Counted from the first letter of the stretch, positions 26,861-35,576 are shown. The stretch is DNA of 57,783 nucleotides from Candidatus Micrarchaeota archaeon (GCA_026414185.1 JAOAJL010000004.1:15966-73748); one strand, 5' to 3'. Made by a program: numbers and translations. The notes: generated by a model from the letters alone, not told the origin.

Positions 26861-26894
26861 GGCAGTATGTAATGAGAACTCTTTTTAATTGTTT

Positions 26895-27677
26895 CTAAAT
26901 ACGCCTCAGCAGAGCCTCTTCAATTGCCAGTCTTGTCCGTTCTATCTCTTCTTGCGCTGCATTGCATATGAGAATGTGGATTGTCTTTATGCGCCCTGCG
27001 ATGGAGAGGGGCGCATTTTTTTTGTAGAAGTCAAATATCGCATCAATTACGCTTTTGATTTTGACGTGCGGCGCAATGCGGTCTTTGTTGTTGCCAAGAA
27101 CCGAGGTGGCGATTGACACGTCCTCCTGGCGCGTGTTGTAAAGCAGGGCGGCTGCGGTGAAGATGTCGTATGTCACTTTTTGGAAGAAAGAAAGGCAGAA
27201 GGCGGTGTTTTTGCTGAGCGGCACTTTGCCCCTCTGGCGCCATGTCAGAGGATGCAGGATGTAAAACTGCCCGCTTTCTGCCGGGCTTTCAAAAACAAGC
27301 ACATCGCCTAAGGATGCATCCCCCTGCTTGTTTTTTCGCTTTGCATACTCCGTTGTGATGTCCCTTCCGTCCCTCACCACCATTATAGGCTCGGTGAGCG
27401 GCACAAAGCTTGTTGGCTTCTGCTGCACCCGGATTTTTGCCTCTATGTCAAGTGCGCTTTTGTGGGCTGTCTGAATCAGAAGCAGCGGCTCTGCGCAGAA
27501 TTTCATTTTCATGAATTCCGTAAAACGGGGAATCCCCACCCCGCTACTGAATGACTGCTGCGGTGCAAGAGTGTTGCCTATTTCGCCGCTTTGTTTGATT
27601 TGCGCCATGTGTCCAATAAGATAACAATGTGTATTTAAACCCATCGCAAGGCAAGCGATTTTAAACGCCGCAAGCAA
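26895..27677 (-). CDS. Hypothetical protein (up to 260 aa)
   Basis: Long ORF between 5S and GT4; no motif; true start probably downstream of 27677. Confidence 0.6.
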   Translation of the reverse strand: MLAAFKIACLAMGLNTHCYLIGHMAQIKQSGEIGNTLAPQQSFSSGVGIPRFTEFMKMKFCAEPLLLIQTAHKSALDIEAKIRVQQKPTSFVPLTEPIMVVRDGRDITTEYAKRKNKQGDASLGDVLVFESPAESGQFYILHPLTWRQRGKVPLSKNTAFCLSFFQKVTYDIFTAAALLYNTRQEDVSIATSVLGNNKDRIAPHVKIKSVIDAIFDFYKKNAPLSIAGRIKTIHILICNAAQEEIERTRLAIEEALLRRI

Positions 27678-27686
27678 AGTCTGTGC

Positions 27687-28802
27687 ATGGAAGTTGCGCT
27701 TTTCACCGACTCGTACCTGCCGCTGAGGGACGGAGTGGTCTCCTCAATCCTCAACCTGCGCAAGGGGCTTGGCAGGAAAGGCTGGAAGATGCACATCTTC
27801 GCCCCTTCGCTTCCCCATCAAAAGCCAGAGCGGCGCGTCTATCGCTACCCTTCGGTAAGCTTTCCGCCTTATCCTGATTACCATGCGGCGCTGCTTCCCG
27901 CCCGCCATCCGCCGGAAGCGCTCAGGGCGCGCGTTGCGCTTGTGCATTCCAAGGCGATGGTGAATATGGGGCTTGCCGCCCTCTCCTATGCAAAGAGGAA
28001 AAACCTGCCTGCGATGGCTTCGCTTGAAACCCTAATTCCCGACGGCGTCCATTACGTCCTTCCGATAAAGGAGCTTCACAGGTTAGGAAAGGCGGTAGGC
28101 TGGGCGTATCTTCGCTGGTTTTACTCAAAATTTGACCTTGTGAGCGCTCCTTCGCGCCACGCGCAGGCGCTTATGGCTGAAAACGGCATAGAGGCGGTTC
28201 TTCTTCCTTCGCCTGTGGATACCAGTCGGTTCAAGCCGACAGGCAGGGGCGGGAAAATAAGGAAGGAGCTTGGGCTTGAGGGCAAGAAGATAGTCCTCTC
28301 AGTTGGCAGGCTGGTGAGAGAAAAAAACTATTCCCTTCTTTTGAGTGCCGCCAAGCACATGCGGGATGAGAGAGTGGTGTTTTTAGCAGTTGGCAGGGGA
28401 CCCTATCTTGACGCGTTTAAGAAAGAAGTGCAGCGCGCCGGGCTTTCAGGAAGCTTTCATTTCGCGGGTTTTGTGCCCGACAATATTCTTGCAGACTATT
28501 ACAACGCTGCAGACTGCTTTGTCTTTCCCTCTTCATTTGAAACCCAGGGGCTTTCTGCCCTTGAAGCCCTCTCCTGCGGCAAGCCAGTCTGCGCGCTGGA
28601 TGACACCCCGATGTCCGAATTCATAATTGAGGGCAGGAACGGCTATGTGTTTTCGGATGCGGAGGAATGCGCGGAAAAGCTTTCAGCCTGCCTTGAAAAC
28701 GCAGGCAGAATGGCGGCTTGCGCGCGACGAACCGCCCTTGCCTACTCAATCCCAAGATGCACCTCCCTCCTGCTGAGGTGCTACAGGACGCTTTTGCAAT
28801 AG
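27687..28802 (+). CDS. Glycosyltransferase family 4 (GT-B)
   Basis: VALFTDSYLPLRDGVVSS, LSVGRLVREKN, FPSSFETQGLSALEALSCGKPV. Confidence 0.92.
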   Translation: MEVALFTDSYLPLRDGVVSSILNLRKGLGRKGWKMHIFAPSLPHQKPERRVYRYPSVSFPPYPDYHAALLPARHPPEALRARVALVHSKAMVNMGLAALSYAKRKNLPAMASLETLIPDGVHYVLPIKELHRLGKAVGWAYLRWFYSKFDLVSAPSRHAQALMAENGIEAVLLPSPVDTSRFKPTGRGGKIRKELGLEGKKIVLSVGRLVREKNYSLLLSAAKHMRDERVVFLAVGRGPYLDAFKKEVQRAGLSGSFHFAGFVPDNILADYYNAADCFVFPSSFETQGLSALEALSCGKPVCALDDTPMSEFIIEGRNGYVFSDAEECAEKLSACLENAGRMAACARRTALAYSIPRCTSLLLRCYRTLLQ

Positions 28803-28827
28803 GCTTTCCTCGAAGGGCGGACAAACC

Positions 28828-28836
28828 CTTTTAAGC
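28828..28836 (+). promoter_or_regulatory. TATA-like box for the ATPase operon
   Basis: AAACCCTTTTAAG about 30 nt upstream of ATG 28865, consistent with a leaderless or short-leader transcript. Confidence 0.5.
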
Positions 28837-28864
28837 ACGCTTGGCGAATCAGTCTTGTGAGAGC

Positions 28865-29674
28865 ATGGTGGATGCGAAGTATTTTGCTTACGGTGCAGGT
28901 GCGCTTGCCCTCTTGGGCGCGATGGGCTGCTTTGTGGGGCAGGGCAATGCGATAGTTTCGTTCATATCCGGCCTGCTTTGCCTCATAGGAGCCATAGGCG
29001 CGGTGGCGCTTTTCAAATACGGCTATCTTCTCATCCCCCTTCTTACCCAGAGAGCGAAGATAGTGCAGATAATGGAGGGCGGCTACGAGATTCCGCCTTC
29101 AAATGACGTCATTCTCAAAAATGTCGGCGGGGTTTATTACGCAAGCAAATTCTTGGGGGTCAGGATTTTTGAGTCCGCCTCAGAAAAATCAGTGGAGGAA
29201 AACGTGGTCTATTCGGAATACTTTGAGCGCGCCATATCATCAGTAAAATACGTGACGAAGTTCGCCATAATGGTCTACATGAAGGACATAACGGACTACC
29301 GCAACCGGATAGAGACCAAGCATGCTGAGGCGCAGCTTAGGCTTGCGCGCGAGAGGGACAAGCCGGACCCTGATGTGCTCAAGCTTGACAGGTTTGAAAA
29401 GGAGGTTGCAATGTGGGAGGCGCAGATAAACAAGCTCACCCGCGGGATAAAGCCGATGGGCTGCGTCTCATACGTGATGACGACTGCTGTGGGCGTCAGC
29501 AAGGAAGCGGCGATGGCAGCCGCAACTGCGCAGGCAAATGAGCTGAAAGCCACCATCGCCAATGCGCTCAATGTCCAGGTTGAGCTGCTCAGCGGCGATG
29601 AGATGCTGCGCTGCTTCCAGTGGGAAACCGCCATTCCGCCCACGCCGCAGGAGCTTGAGCAGGCGCTGCTGTAG
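28865..29674 (+). CDS. Two-TM protein with TraC/VirB4 N-terminal-like domain
   Basis: N-terminal TM hairpin; VILKNVGGVYYASKFLGV..SVEENVVYSEYFERAISSV..DITDYRNRI; ends ANELKATIANALNVQVELLSGDEML. Confidence 0.6.
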   Translation: MVDAKYFAYGAGALALLGAMGCFVGQGNAIVSFISGLLCLIGAIGAVALFKYGYLLIPLLTQRAKIVQIMEGGYEIPPSNDVILKNVGGVYYASKFLGVRIFESASEKSVEENVVYSEYFERAISSVKYVTKFAIMVYMKDITDYRNRIETKHAEAQLRLARERDKPDPDVLKLDRFEKEVAMWEAQINKLTRGIKPMGCVSYVMTTAVGVSKEAAMAAATAQANELKATIANALNVQVELLSGDEMLRCFQWETAIPPTPQELEQALL

Positions 29675-29720
29675 GGCAGCAGGCGCTAGCCCGACACGCA
29701 AGCGGAAAGGAAGTGTCTGT

Positions 29721-31331
29721 ATGGGAAGGCTGAAGCTTTCGGAGCTTGACAACATTGACCTTGCGAGGCGCAACATATTCGTCAGACCGCCCGAGCCGCC
29801 GGATGACGTGCTGATGTCCGACCCGACAAACTCAATCTACATCGGAAGGACAAAGATATTCCACGTCCCGTTTTACTGGACCTATCAGAAGACCACCAAC
29901 CCGCATATCTGCGTGGTGGGGATAACGGGTTCTGGGAAATCCTACTTTGTGAAAACCTTCCTCACCCGAGCAAGCTATGTGTGGGGGACAAACGCGTTCA
30001 TAATAGACTGGGCTGGGGAGTACAAGGACTGGGTGAAGCAGGTGGGTGGAAAGGTCATCTCATTGGGACGAGGCTCTTCAATCAACCTGCTTGACACGGC
30101 TGGCATGAAGCCCAATGACCGAATAAAGCAGGTTATGAGGACCCTGGACATGCTGACGGACATAGGGCGCTACCCAGAGCAGCGCCGCCTGACCGAGCTT
30201 GCTATTGAAAAGGCGTATGTCAACAACAAATTCAAGCTTGACTCAAAACTCCAGGTTGACGGGCTGGGAAGGCCGCTGCGCCCGCCCACCCTCAAAGACG
30301 TCCAGAAGATACTTGAGGACATGAGCGAGGCTGGAACCTATGAGTTCCCCGCCGAGCTTGAAAATGCGATTTACCGCATAAGGCAGTTCACACGCGAAGG
30401 CGAGGACTTCTTCGCCCAGCAATCCACCATAGACCTTGAAAAGCTGACCAAGGCAGGGCTTGTGGACCTTGACATCTCCGGCCTTCCAGATGAGACTTTC
30501 AGGGGGCTTGCGGCGCTTTCCATGCTCCAGTTCATAAAGGAGAAGATGAGGGAGGAGGGCTGGTCCTCAACAAAAGGGCTCAAGCTTCTTGTAGTGCTTG
30601 ACGAAGCCTGGAAGGTTGCCAAAGACGACAATTCCGATGCGGTGATGATTGTGCGCGAGGGAAGGAAATACCAGTTCGGGCTTATTGTGGCGTCGCAGAA
30701 CCCAACGGACATCTCTGAGGCGATTTTCTCAAACGTGGGAACCACCTTCATCCTGCGCGTGAAGTTTGAGAGGTTTTTGGACTATCTGCAGTCCACGCTG
30801 AATTTCTCCGACTACATGAGGGAGGGCATCGCCAAGCTTGGAGTCGGACAGGCGGCGGTGAACATGGCTTTCCAGACAAATGTGGATTTTCCGGAAACGT
30901 TCTTGCTTGAGAAGATAGACGGAGAGGAGCCGATGCAGGAGTTCTTCCTTGACTTGGACAAGGTGCTGACGAAAGAGGAGCTTGCCATGGAGGGCGCTGT
31001 GCGCTCGGCAAGCTTTGAAAAAGACGAGCTCAAAAAGAAGCTGAGAAGCTATGGCATGGGGGAGGAGCAGTCGGATGAGATAGTCGGGCTGTTTGCAAAG
31101 AAAGGAAGGCGGATGGAAATCTCCGCCTTTGTGGTGCTGCTTTCGCGCTATGGCATAGCCCGCGTGAATATCTCAAGCTTCCTGAAAGATTTGGGACTTG
31201 ACGACAACTTGGTGATAAACGTGCTTGCGAAGGCAGATGAGCTTGAATTGGAGCTTTCCGATACGGACATAACGGAATACATACTGCAGGCAGAGGCTGC
31301 TGCGGCTGGGCAGGCGGAAGGCGCCTCTTGA
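29721..31331 (+). CDS. VirB4/HerA/TraG-like (DUF87) P-loop ATPase with helical C-terminal domain, 536 aa
   Basis: Walker A GITGSGKS, IIDWAGEY, Walker B VVLDEAW, REGRKYQFGLIVASQNP; start moved from 29562 to ATG 29721. Confidence 0.88.
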   Translation: MGRLKLSELDNIDLARRNIFVRPPEPPDDVLMSDPTNSIYIGRTKIFHVPFYWTYQKTTNPHICVVGITGSGKSYFVKTFLTRASYVWGTNAFIIDWAGEYKDWVKQVGGKVISLGRGSSINLLDTAGMKPNDRIKQVMRTLDMLTDIGRYPEQRRLTELAIEKAYVNNKFKLDSKLQVDGLGRPLRPPTLKDVQKILEDMSEAGTYEFPAELENAIYRIRQFTREGEDFFAQQSTIDLEKLTKAGLVDLDISGLPDETFRGLAALSMLQFIKEKMREEGWSSTKGLKLLVVLDEAWKVAKDDNSDAVMIVREGRKYQFGLIVASQNPTDISEAIFSNVGTTFILRVKFERFLDYLQSTLNFSDYMREGIAKLGVGQAAVNMAFQTNVDFPETFLLEKIDGEEPMQEFFLDLDKVLTKEELAMEGAVRSASFEKDELKKKLRSYGMGEEQSDEIVGLFAKKGRRMEISAFVVLLSRYGIARVNISSFLKDLGLDDNLVINVLAKADELELELSDTDITEYILQAEAAAAGQAEGAS

Positions 31332-31356
31332 AAAACCAAAAACAGCGGTGGAAGGA

Positions 31357-31656
31357 ATGGCAAAGACGCTTTTCTTTGAAAAGGAGGAGCTTGGGCGCAA
31401 GCTGCGCACCTGCGGCTTGGATGAGCTGCATGTCGCAGAAATCAGCAGGGTATTTGAGAAAAACAACAAGCACATAGATGTGGTGAGCTTTGTCATCATG
31501 CTTGAGCGGTATGGGGTGCAGAGGGCGGACATCTCCTCTTTTTTGCACGACATCGGGGTGGACGAGCCCACGCTCATCAACATATTCTCAAAGGCGGACT
31601 TCACAAGGCTTGGCATGGGAAACCGGGAGATTACGCAGGTTGTGTTGGCTGACTGA
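31357..31656 (+). CDS. Stand-alone paralogue of the ATPase C-terminal domain, 99 aa
   Basis: 34/75 identical, ungapped, to the ATPase segment FEKDEL...KAD (manual count). Confidence 0.88.
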   Translation: MAKTLFFEKEELGRKLRTCGLDELHVAEISRVFEKNNKHIDVVSFVIMLERYGVQRADISSFLHDIGVDEPTLINIFSKADFTRLGMGNREITQVVLAD

Positions 31657-31681
31657 AAATTGTTGGATGGAGGGATTTGGC

Positions 31682-32086
31682 ATGGCGAAGGTCTGTATAA
31701 TATGCGAAAAGGAGACGGATGGCAGCGCGGTGGCGGATGACTTTGTCATCCGGACAATAAGGGCTGTCAAGCAGAGGTTCGGGATTGCGAAGAACAACAT
31801 CCTTGTGGTCTGCTCCTCATGCATGGAGGAGCACCGCAAAAGGCGCGAAAGGTATGAGCGGAACCTTGTGATGCACGTCTTAGTTGCCGCAATCATCCTC
31901 TTTGCCTTTGTGCTTTTGCCGGTTTTCACCACCGGCTTTTCGGTCTCGGCGCTGGTTCTGGGCATCCTGCTTGCCGCAATCATCATCGGGCTTTCAATAT
32001 TCTCCCATCATCCCAAGCTTGCGCCCGAAACGCAAAAGCCCAAGCCCGAGGAAAAGAAAGGACAGCGCGGCAGGAAAAGGAAGTGA
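31682..32086 (+). CDS. Zn-finger (CxxC...CxxC) two-TM membrane protein with basic tail
   Basis: CIICEK and CSSCMEE, two hydrophobic helices, KKGQRGRKRK C-terminus. Confidence 0.78.
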   Translation: MAKVCIICEKETDGSAVADDFVIRTIRAVKQRFGIAKNNILVVCSSCMEEHRKRRERYERNLVMHVLVAAIILFAFVLLPVFTTGFSVSALVLGILLAAIIIGLSIFSHHPKLAPETQKPKPEEKKGQRGRKRK

Positions 32087-32092
32087 TTTTGA

Positions 32093-32881
32093 ATGGTGGA
32101 AATAAAGCTGCCTGAGGGCATGAGGCAGGCGGGGGGGCAAAAGCCGCCCCCTGCCCCACCGCAGCCGCAACCTACATCCCCCATTGTTGGCGGGTTTCGC
32201 ATAGCGGCAAAAAGAAAATGCACCATTGAGGAGCTTTCGCAGAGGTTTGCGGAGCTTTCCTTCCTTCAGCTGACCGTTGAAAAGGATGCGCTTGCCGCGC
32301 TCAACGTGGAGTCGCGCGACATCCAGAAAAACCCCTATCTTTTTTCAATCATCTATTTCAAGCCCGATTGCGTTGAGGCGCTTTATACCTGCCTGCCAAA
32401 CATGAGCCCGAAAAAGCGCCGCATAGACGTGCTGCGCCAGTTCCTCAACCTTCTGACGATAGTGGAGGACTGCTACCAAGTGGAGATGAAGCAGATTTAC
32501 CAGCTTCTTGAAGCCTCAGTGGCGGACATGACTGAATATGTTTCGCTTGACTACGACCGGCTTTTTTCCCTCTATGACAATCTCAAAAGCGAGGTTGCAG
32601 CTCTGCAAAAGAAGGTAAAGGACCTCACGGATGGAAACGCTGCGCTTTCAAAAGAAAACTACGAGCTGAAAAGCAAAAATGACGAGCTTGTGCTTAAAAT
32701 CCGCGGGCTTGAAACCTTCAGCGACTCGGTGCTTGCCCTAAAAATACAGGAGTGGCTTTCAGAACACAAGGGCGAGATAAACATAGCCGATTTCTCCAAG
32801 GTTTACAACGTGCCTGAAACGCGCGTTGAGCAGATGCTCAACAAGCTTGTGACAGAGGGTTATCTTGAAATTAAGGGCTGA
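32093..32881 (+). CDS. Hypothetical protein: Pro-rich N-terminus, alpha/beta domain, coiled coil, C-terminal winged-helix-like domain
   Basis: Heptad-rich LKSEVAALQKKVKDLTDGNAALSKENYELK; C-terminal EINIADFSKVYNVPETRVEQMLNKLVTEGYL. Confidence 0.75.
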   Translation: MVEIKLPEGMRQAGGQKPPPAPPQPQPTSPIVGGFRIAAKRKCTIEELSQRFAELSFLQLTVEKDALAALNVESRDIQKNPYLFSIIYFKPDCVEALYTCLPNMSPKKRRIDVLRQFLNLLTIVEDCYQVEMKQIYQLLEASVADMTEYVSLDYDRLFSLYDNLKSEVAALQKKVKDLTDGNAALSKENYELKSKNDELVLKIRGLETFSDSVLALKIQEWLSEHKGEINIADFSKVYNVPETRVEQMLNKLVTEGYLEIKG

Positions 32882-32904
32882 GGCTGCTCTTTGCGGGTTT
32901 GACT

Positions 32905-35505
32905 ATGGCTGAGGAAAGAGGCGGGCTTGCCCGGCTGAAAATAGCAAAAAAGGCATATGTCTTTGATGTGCGCAAGAAGTATTCTTTGAGCAGAACCTTC
33001 CAGCTGAAAAAAAGCCCCCAAACCCCGCAGGAGCAGCTGAAAGAAGCCGTCGGCAGCCTTTTTGAAAGAAAGAAAAAGCCGGAAGGGCAGCAGGAGGCTG
33101 CGCAGCCCGTTTCGCCTTCCGTTTCACCCCCCGATGCGGTTGCCTCTGCCATAAAAACAGCCGCCTTTGTCGCACTGCTGTTCGTTGTCGGAGGGTTCAT
33201 TTTTTTGTGGATGCAGCTTTCTGCGGCAGGCACGGGCGGCTCCCCGCCCCAAAGACCTGAAGTGTTCTCTGGCTCCTACGACTACTTTGTTTCTGATGCG
33301 GAAATCCTATCAGTGGCGCAGGAGGACAGGATAGGGCGCTCCTTTTTTTTGCTTGTTGAATATTGGGCTGAAAACCTAAGCAGCCTCAATTTCAGCGCTT
33401 CCATCTACCCGACGGCGCCGACGACCCAGGTCTTCCTTCTTGACTATGCGCGGGAAGGCGACGACTGCTACCCTGCCTTCAGGAAGAGCCTTTTTGAGGG
33501 GATGCCGCAGTCAGGCTTTGCGATAAGCGAAATTGAGGTATGGGAGCTTGCCGCGCTGCCGGAAGGGGCGACTGTGATTGTCCCGACCGGATATCTGCCG
33601 CAGGAACTTTTGGGAATCGGCTCAAACTTTGATTATGCGGGGCTTTTGAACAGGGGCGTGAACATAATCTACATCGGCTACCCCTTTGACAGCCTTGCGA
33701 TAGACAGGAGAGGCCAGACTGTTCCGGTGAAGCACTACGCGCTTTCATTTACGAAGGTGCGCGCAGACTCCACGGATGGCTTTCGGCTCTATGACCCGCA
33801 GTATGTCGCAAGCCCGCAGGCGACAGGGGATAGCCGTCTTTTTTCAGGGCATCAGCTTTACGGCTCTGTCTCAGTGGTAAAGGGCGCCAAGGGGGCGATG
33901 CTTTTTTTGCCGCAGACGCTTGATGGCGGATGGCGCGGGGACGGGAAGGCGGCTGCCGAGGACATCATAAGGCTTGTCCGCGAAGCCCTTTGGATGAGCC
34001 CTCTTGCGCAGACGACGCTTCCGGCTGAAGTTGTCGGGGAAGGGAAGGAGCGCAGGATTTCCATCTTCAGCCCGCCTTTTGATGCGGATGGAGGCTATGT
34101 TGAACTTTCCGCGGATGCCAAGGACATGAACGGGATTGGAAGAAGAGGCGTCCAGACCGTAAAGCTATTCAAGACCCAGCGGGGGGAGATGATTCCGCGC
34201 GACCCAAAGACAGTTCCGTTTTACCTCTCAGGGCAGAAGACGAGACTGAACATAAAGCTTGCAGAGCCAACATCCACCCCTGTTGAGCTTTTCATAAGGA
34301 TGTACAAGGATGGAAACCTCTTGCAGGAAGAGAAGCTGGAGCTTGGGCTTACAAATCCGCAGACTGAAAAACCCAAGGATTTCCAGGTCAACGCAGAGCC
34401 AGGAAGATATGTTGTTCATGTGGAGGACAGGGCAGGCAGGGTTTATGCGGCTTGCCAGCTTGACGTCATAGACTTGGACATTGAGCTTTTGGACAGGCCG
34501 GACTGGGGCAGGGGGAAATTCAGGTTTTTCCTTTCTGCCGCAGGGGAGACTGTTTCGCCGCGTTTCTTGACGGTTTCCCTTGACGGGAAGGGGGAGAAGA
34601 AGTATTCGCCAGGCGATTATACCTACGAGGACAAAAAGACGCTTTTGCTCTATGAGCATCCCTATGAGATAAAGCCTGGGAACCACACATTCACTTTCAG
34701 CGCAGGAGAATGGAGCAAGCAGTTTGTCGCAACATACAGACCATCAAGAAACTTTTGGGACAACCCCCTTGTGCTATTCCTCGGCTTCATCTCGCTGGCT
34801 GTCTTTGGCATAGGCTACTTCCTGCGCAAGCCTGAAAAGATGCGCTACGGGCTGGACATACCGGACTTTCCTCCTCTCTCAACCATAAAAATACCGGTCA
34901 AAAGGCAGACTGTCTTGGATATCTTTGAAAGCGTGAATGCAAGCTACGCATGGCAGTACATGCCGCTTAGGCTTGATGAGCTGAAAAATGGGTTCAGACG
35001 GCTTACTTATAACGGGAAGCCGATTTTGGTCGGCGACTTTAACCTTGAACGGATACTCTCCCGCCTTCGCGATGAGGGGTTGGTGAAAGAGGAGCTTGGC
35101 TACTGGGGCAAAACGCAATGGGAAAAGGAAAGCGGCAGGAGCATCAGGTACCTTGCCATGTACAGGATAATGCGCAACGTGTTTGTGAATAACGCGCTGA
35201 GGTTCTCCAAGCTCGGGGCGATGCCCGACTGTGATGTGAAAGTCATAGCTGGCAAGGACGAAATTTACTTCCATATAATGGAGCAGCCGTATGAGCCCAT
35301 AATCCACAAGGCGCTTGCCACCGCAAAGAAAGGGACAACCATGATGGTTTTCAAAAATGAAGAGGAGCGCGACTCCTTTGCCAATTCTCTGACTTCCTCC
35401 TCCAAGCTTGCGGTTGCCCTGAAAATGGAAATCCAAAACGGCAACATCCTCCTGGTGCAGGTGAAAAACGAGATTTCCGCCTTCCTCAAGCAGATTATAA
35501 AGTAA
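32905..35505 (+). CDS. Large two-TM membrane protein with big extracytoplasmic region and cytoplasmic C-terminal domain, 866 aa
   Basis: TM TAAFVALLFVVGGFIFLW, about 510 aa beta-rich region, TM PLVLFLGFISLAVFGIGYFL, then wHTH-like LERILSRLRDEGLVKEELGYWG. Confidence 0.8.
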   Translation: MAEERGGLARLKIAKKAYVFDVRKKYSLSRTFQLKKSPQTPQEQLKEAVGSLFERKKKPEGQQEAAQPVSPSVSPPDAVASAIKTAAFVALLFVVGGFIFLWMQLSAAGTGGSPPQRPEVFSGSYDYFVSDAEILSVAQEDRIGRSFFLLVEYWAENLSSLNFSASIYPTAPTTQVFLLDYAREGDDCYPAFRKSLFEGMPQSGFAISEIEVWELAALPEGATVIVPTGYLPQELLGIGSNFDYAGLLNRGVNIIYIGYPFDSLAIDRRGQTVPVKHYALSFTKVRADSTDGFRLYDPQYVASPQATGDSRLFSGHQLYGSVSVVKGAKGAMLFLPQTLDGGWRGDGKAAAEDIIRLVREALWMSPLAQTTLPAEVVGEGKERRISIFSPPFDADGGYVELSADAKDMNGIGRRGVQTVKLFKTQRGEMIPRDPKTVPFYLSGQKTRLNIKLAEPTSTPVELFIRMYKDGNLLQEEKLELGLTNPQTEKPKDFQVNAEPGRYVVHVEDRAGRVYAACQLDVIDLDIELLDRPDWGRGKFRFFLSAAGETVSPRFLTVSLDGKGEKKYSPGDYTYEDKKTLLLYEHPYEIKPGNHTFTFSAGEWSKQFVATYRPSRNFWDNPLVLFLGFISLAVFGIGYFLRKPEKMRYGLDIPDFPPLSTIKIPVKRQTVLDIFESVNASYAWQYMPLRLDELKNGFRRLTYNGKPILVGDFNLERILSRLRDEGLVKEELGYWGKTQWEKESGRSIRYLAMYRIMRNVFVNNALRFSKLGAMPDCDVKVIAGKDEIYFHIMEQPYEPIIHKALATAKKGTTMMVFKNEEERDSFANSLTSSSKLAVALKMEIQNGNILLVQVKNEISAFLKQIIK

Positions 35506-35576
35506 ACCGCCTTGGCCATAGCCGCACTTAACTTAACCTTATAAAGCTCCCAATCCAACTCAAAACGGGAGTGCGC

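Noticed and set aside
26656-26898. ORFs 26656-26898 and 26681-26872
   Set aside because: They overlap the 5S rRNA gene on the opposite strand
29562-29720. Programmed frameshift or N-terminal extension fusing the 28865 protein to the ATPase
   Set aside because: The ATPase frame is open from 29562, but the overlap translates as low-quality Arg/Cys/Ser-rich sequence; no slippery site was seen; ATG 29721 has a purine-rich upstream region
29721-31331. DNA-repair helicase HerA
   Set aside because: No N-terminal HAS barrel and no nurA/mre11/rad50 neighbours; the context is membrane proteins. Not formally excluded without a phylogeny
28865-35505. Integrated conjugative plasmid or provirus
   Set aside because: No integrase, relaxase, replication protein, att direct repeats or obvious compositional shift; housekeeping-type flanks
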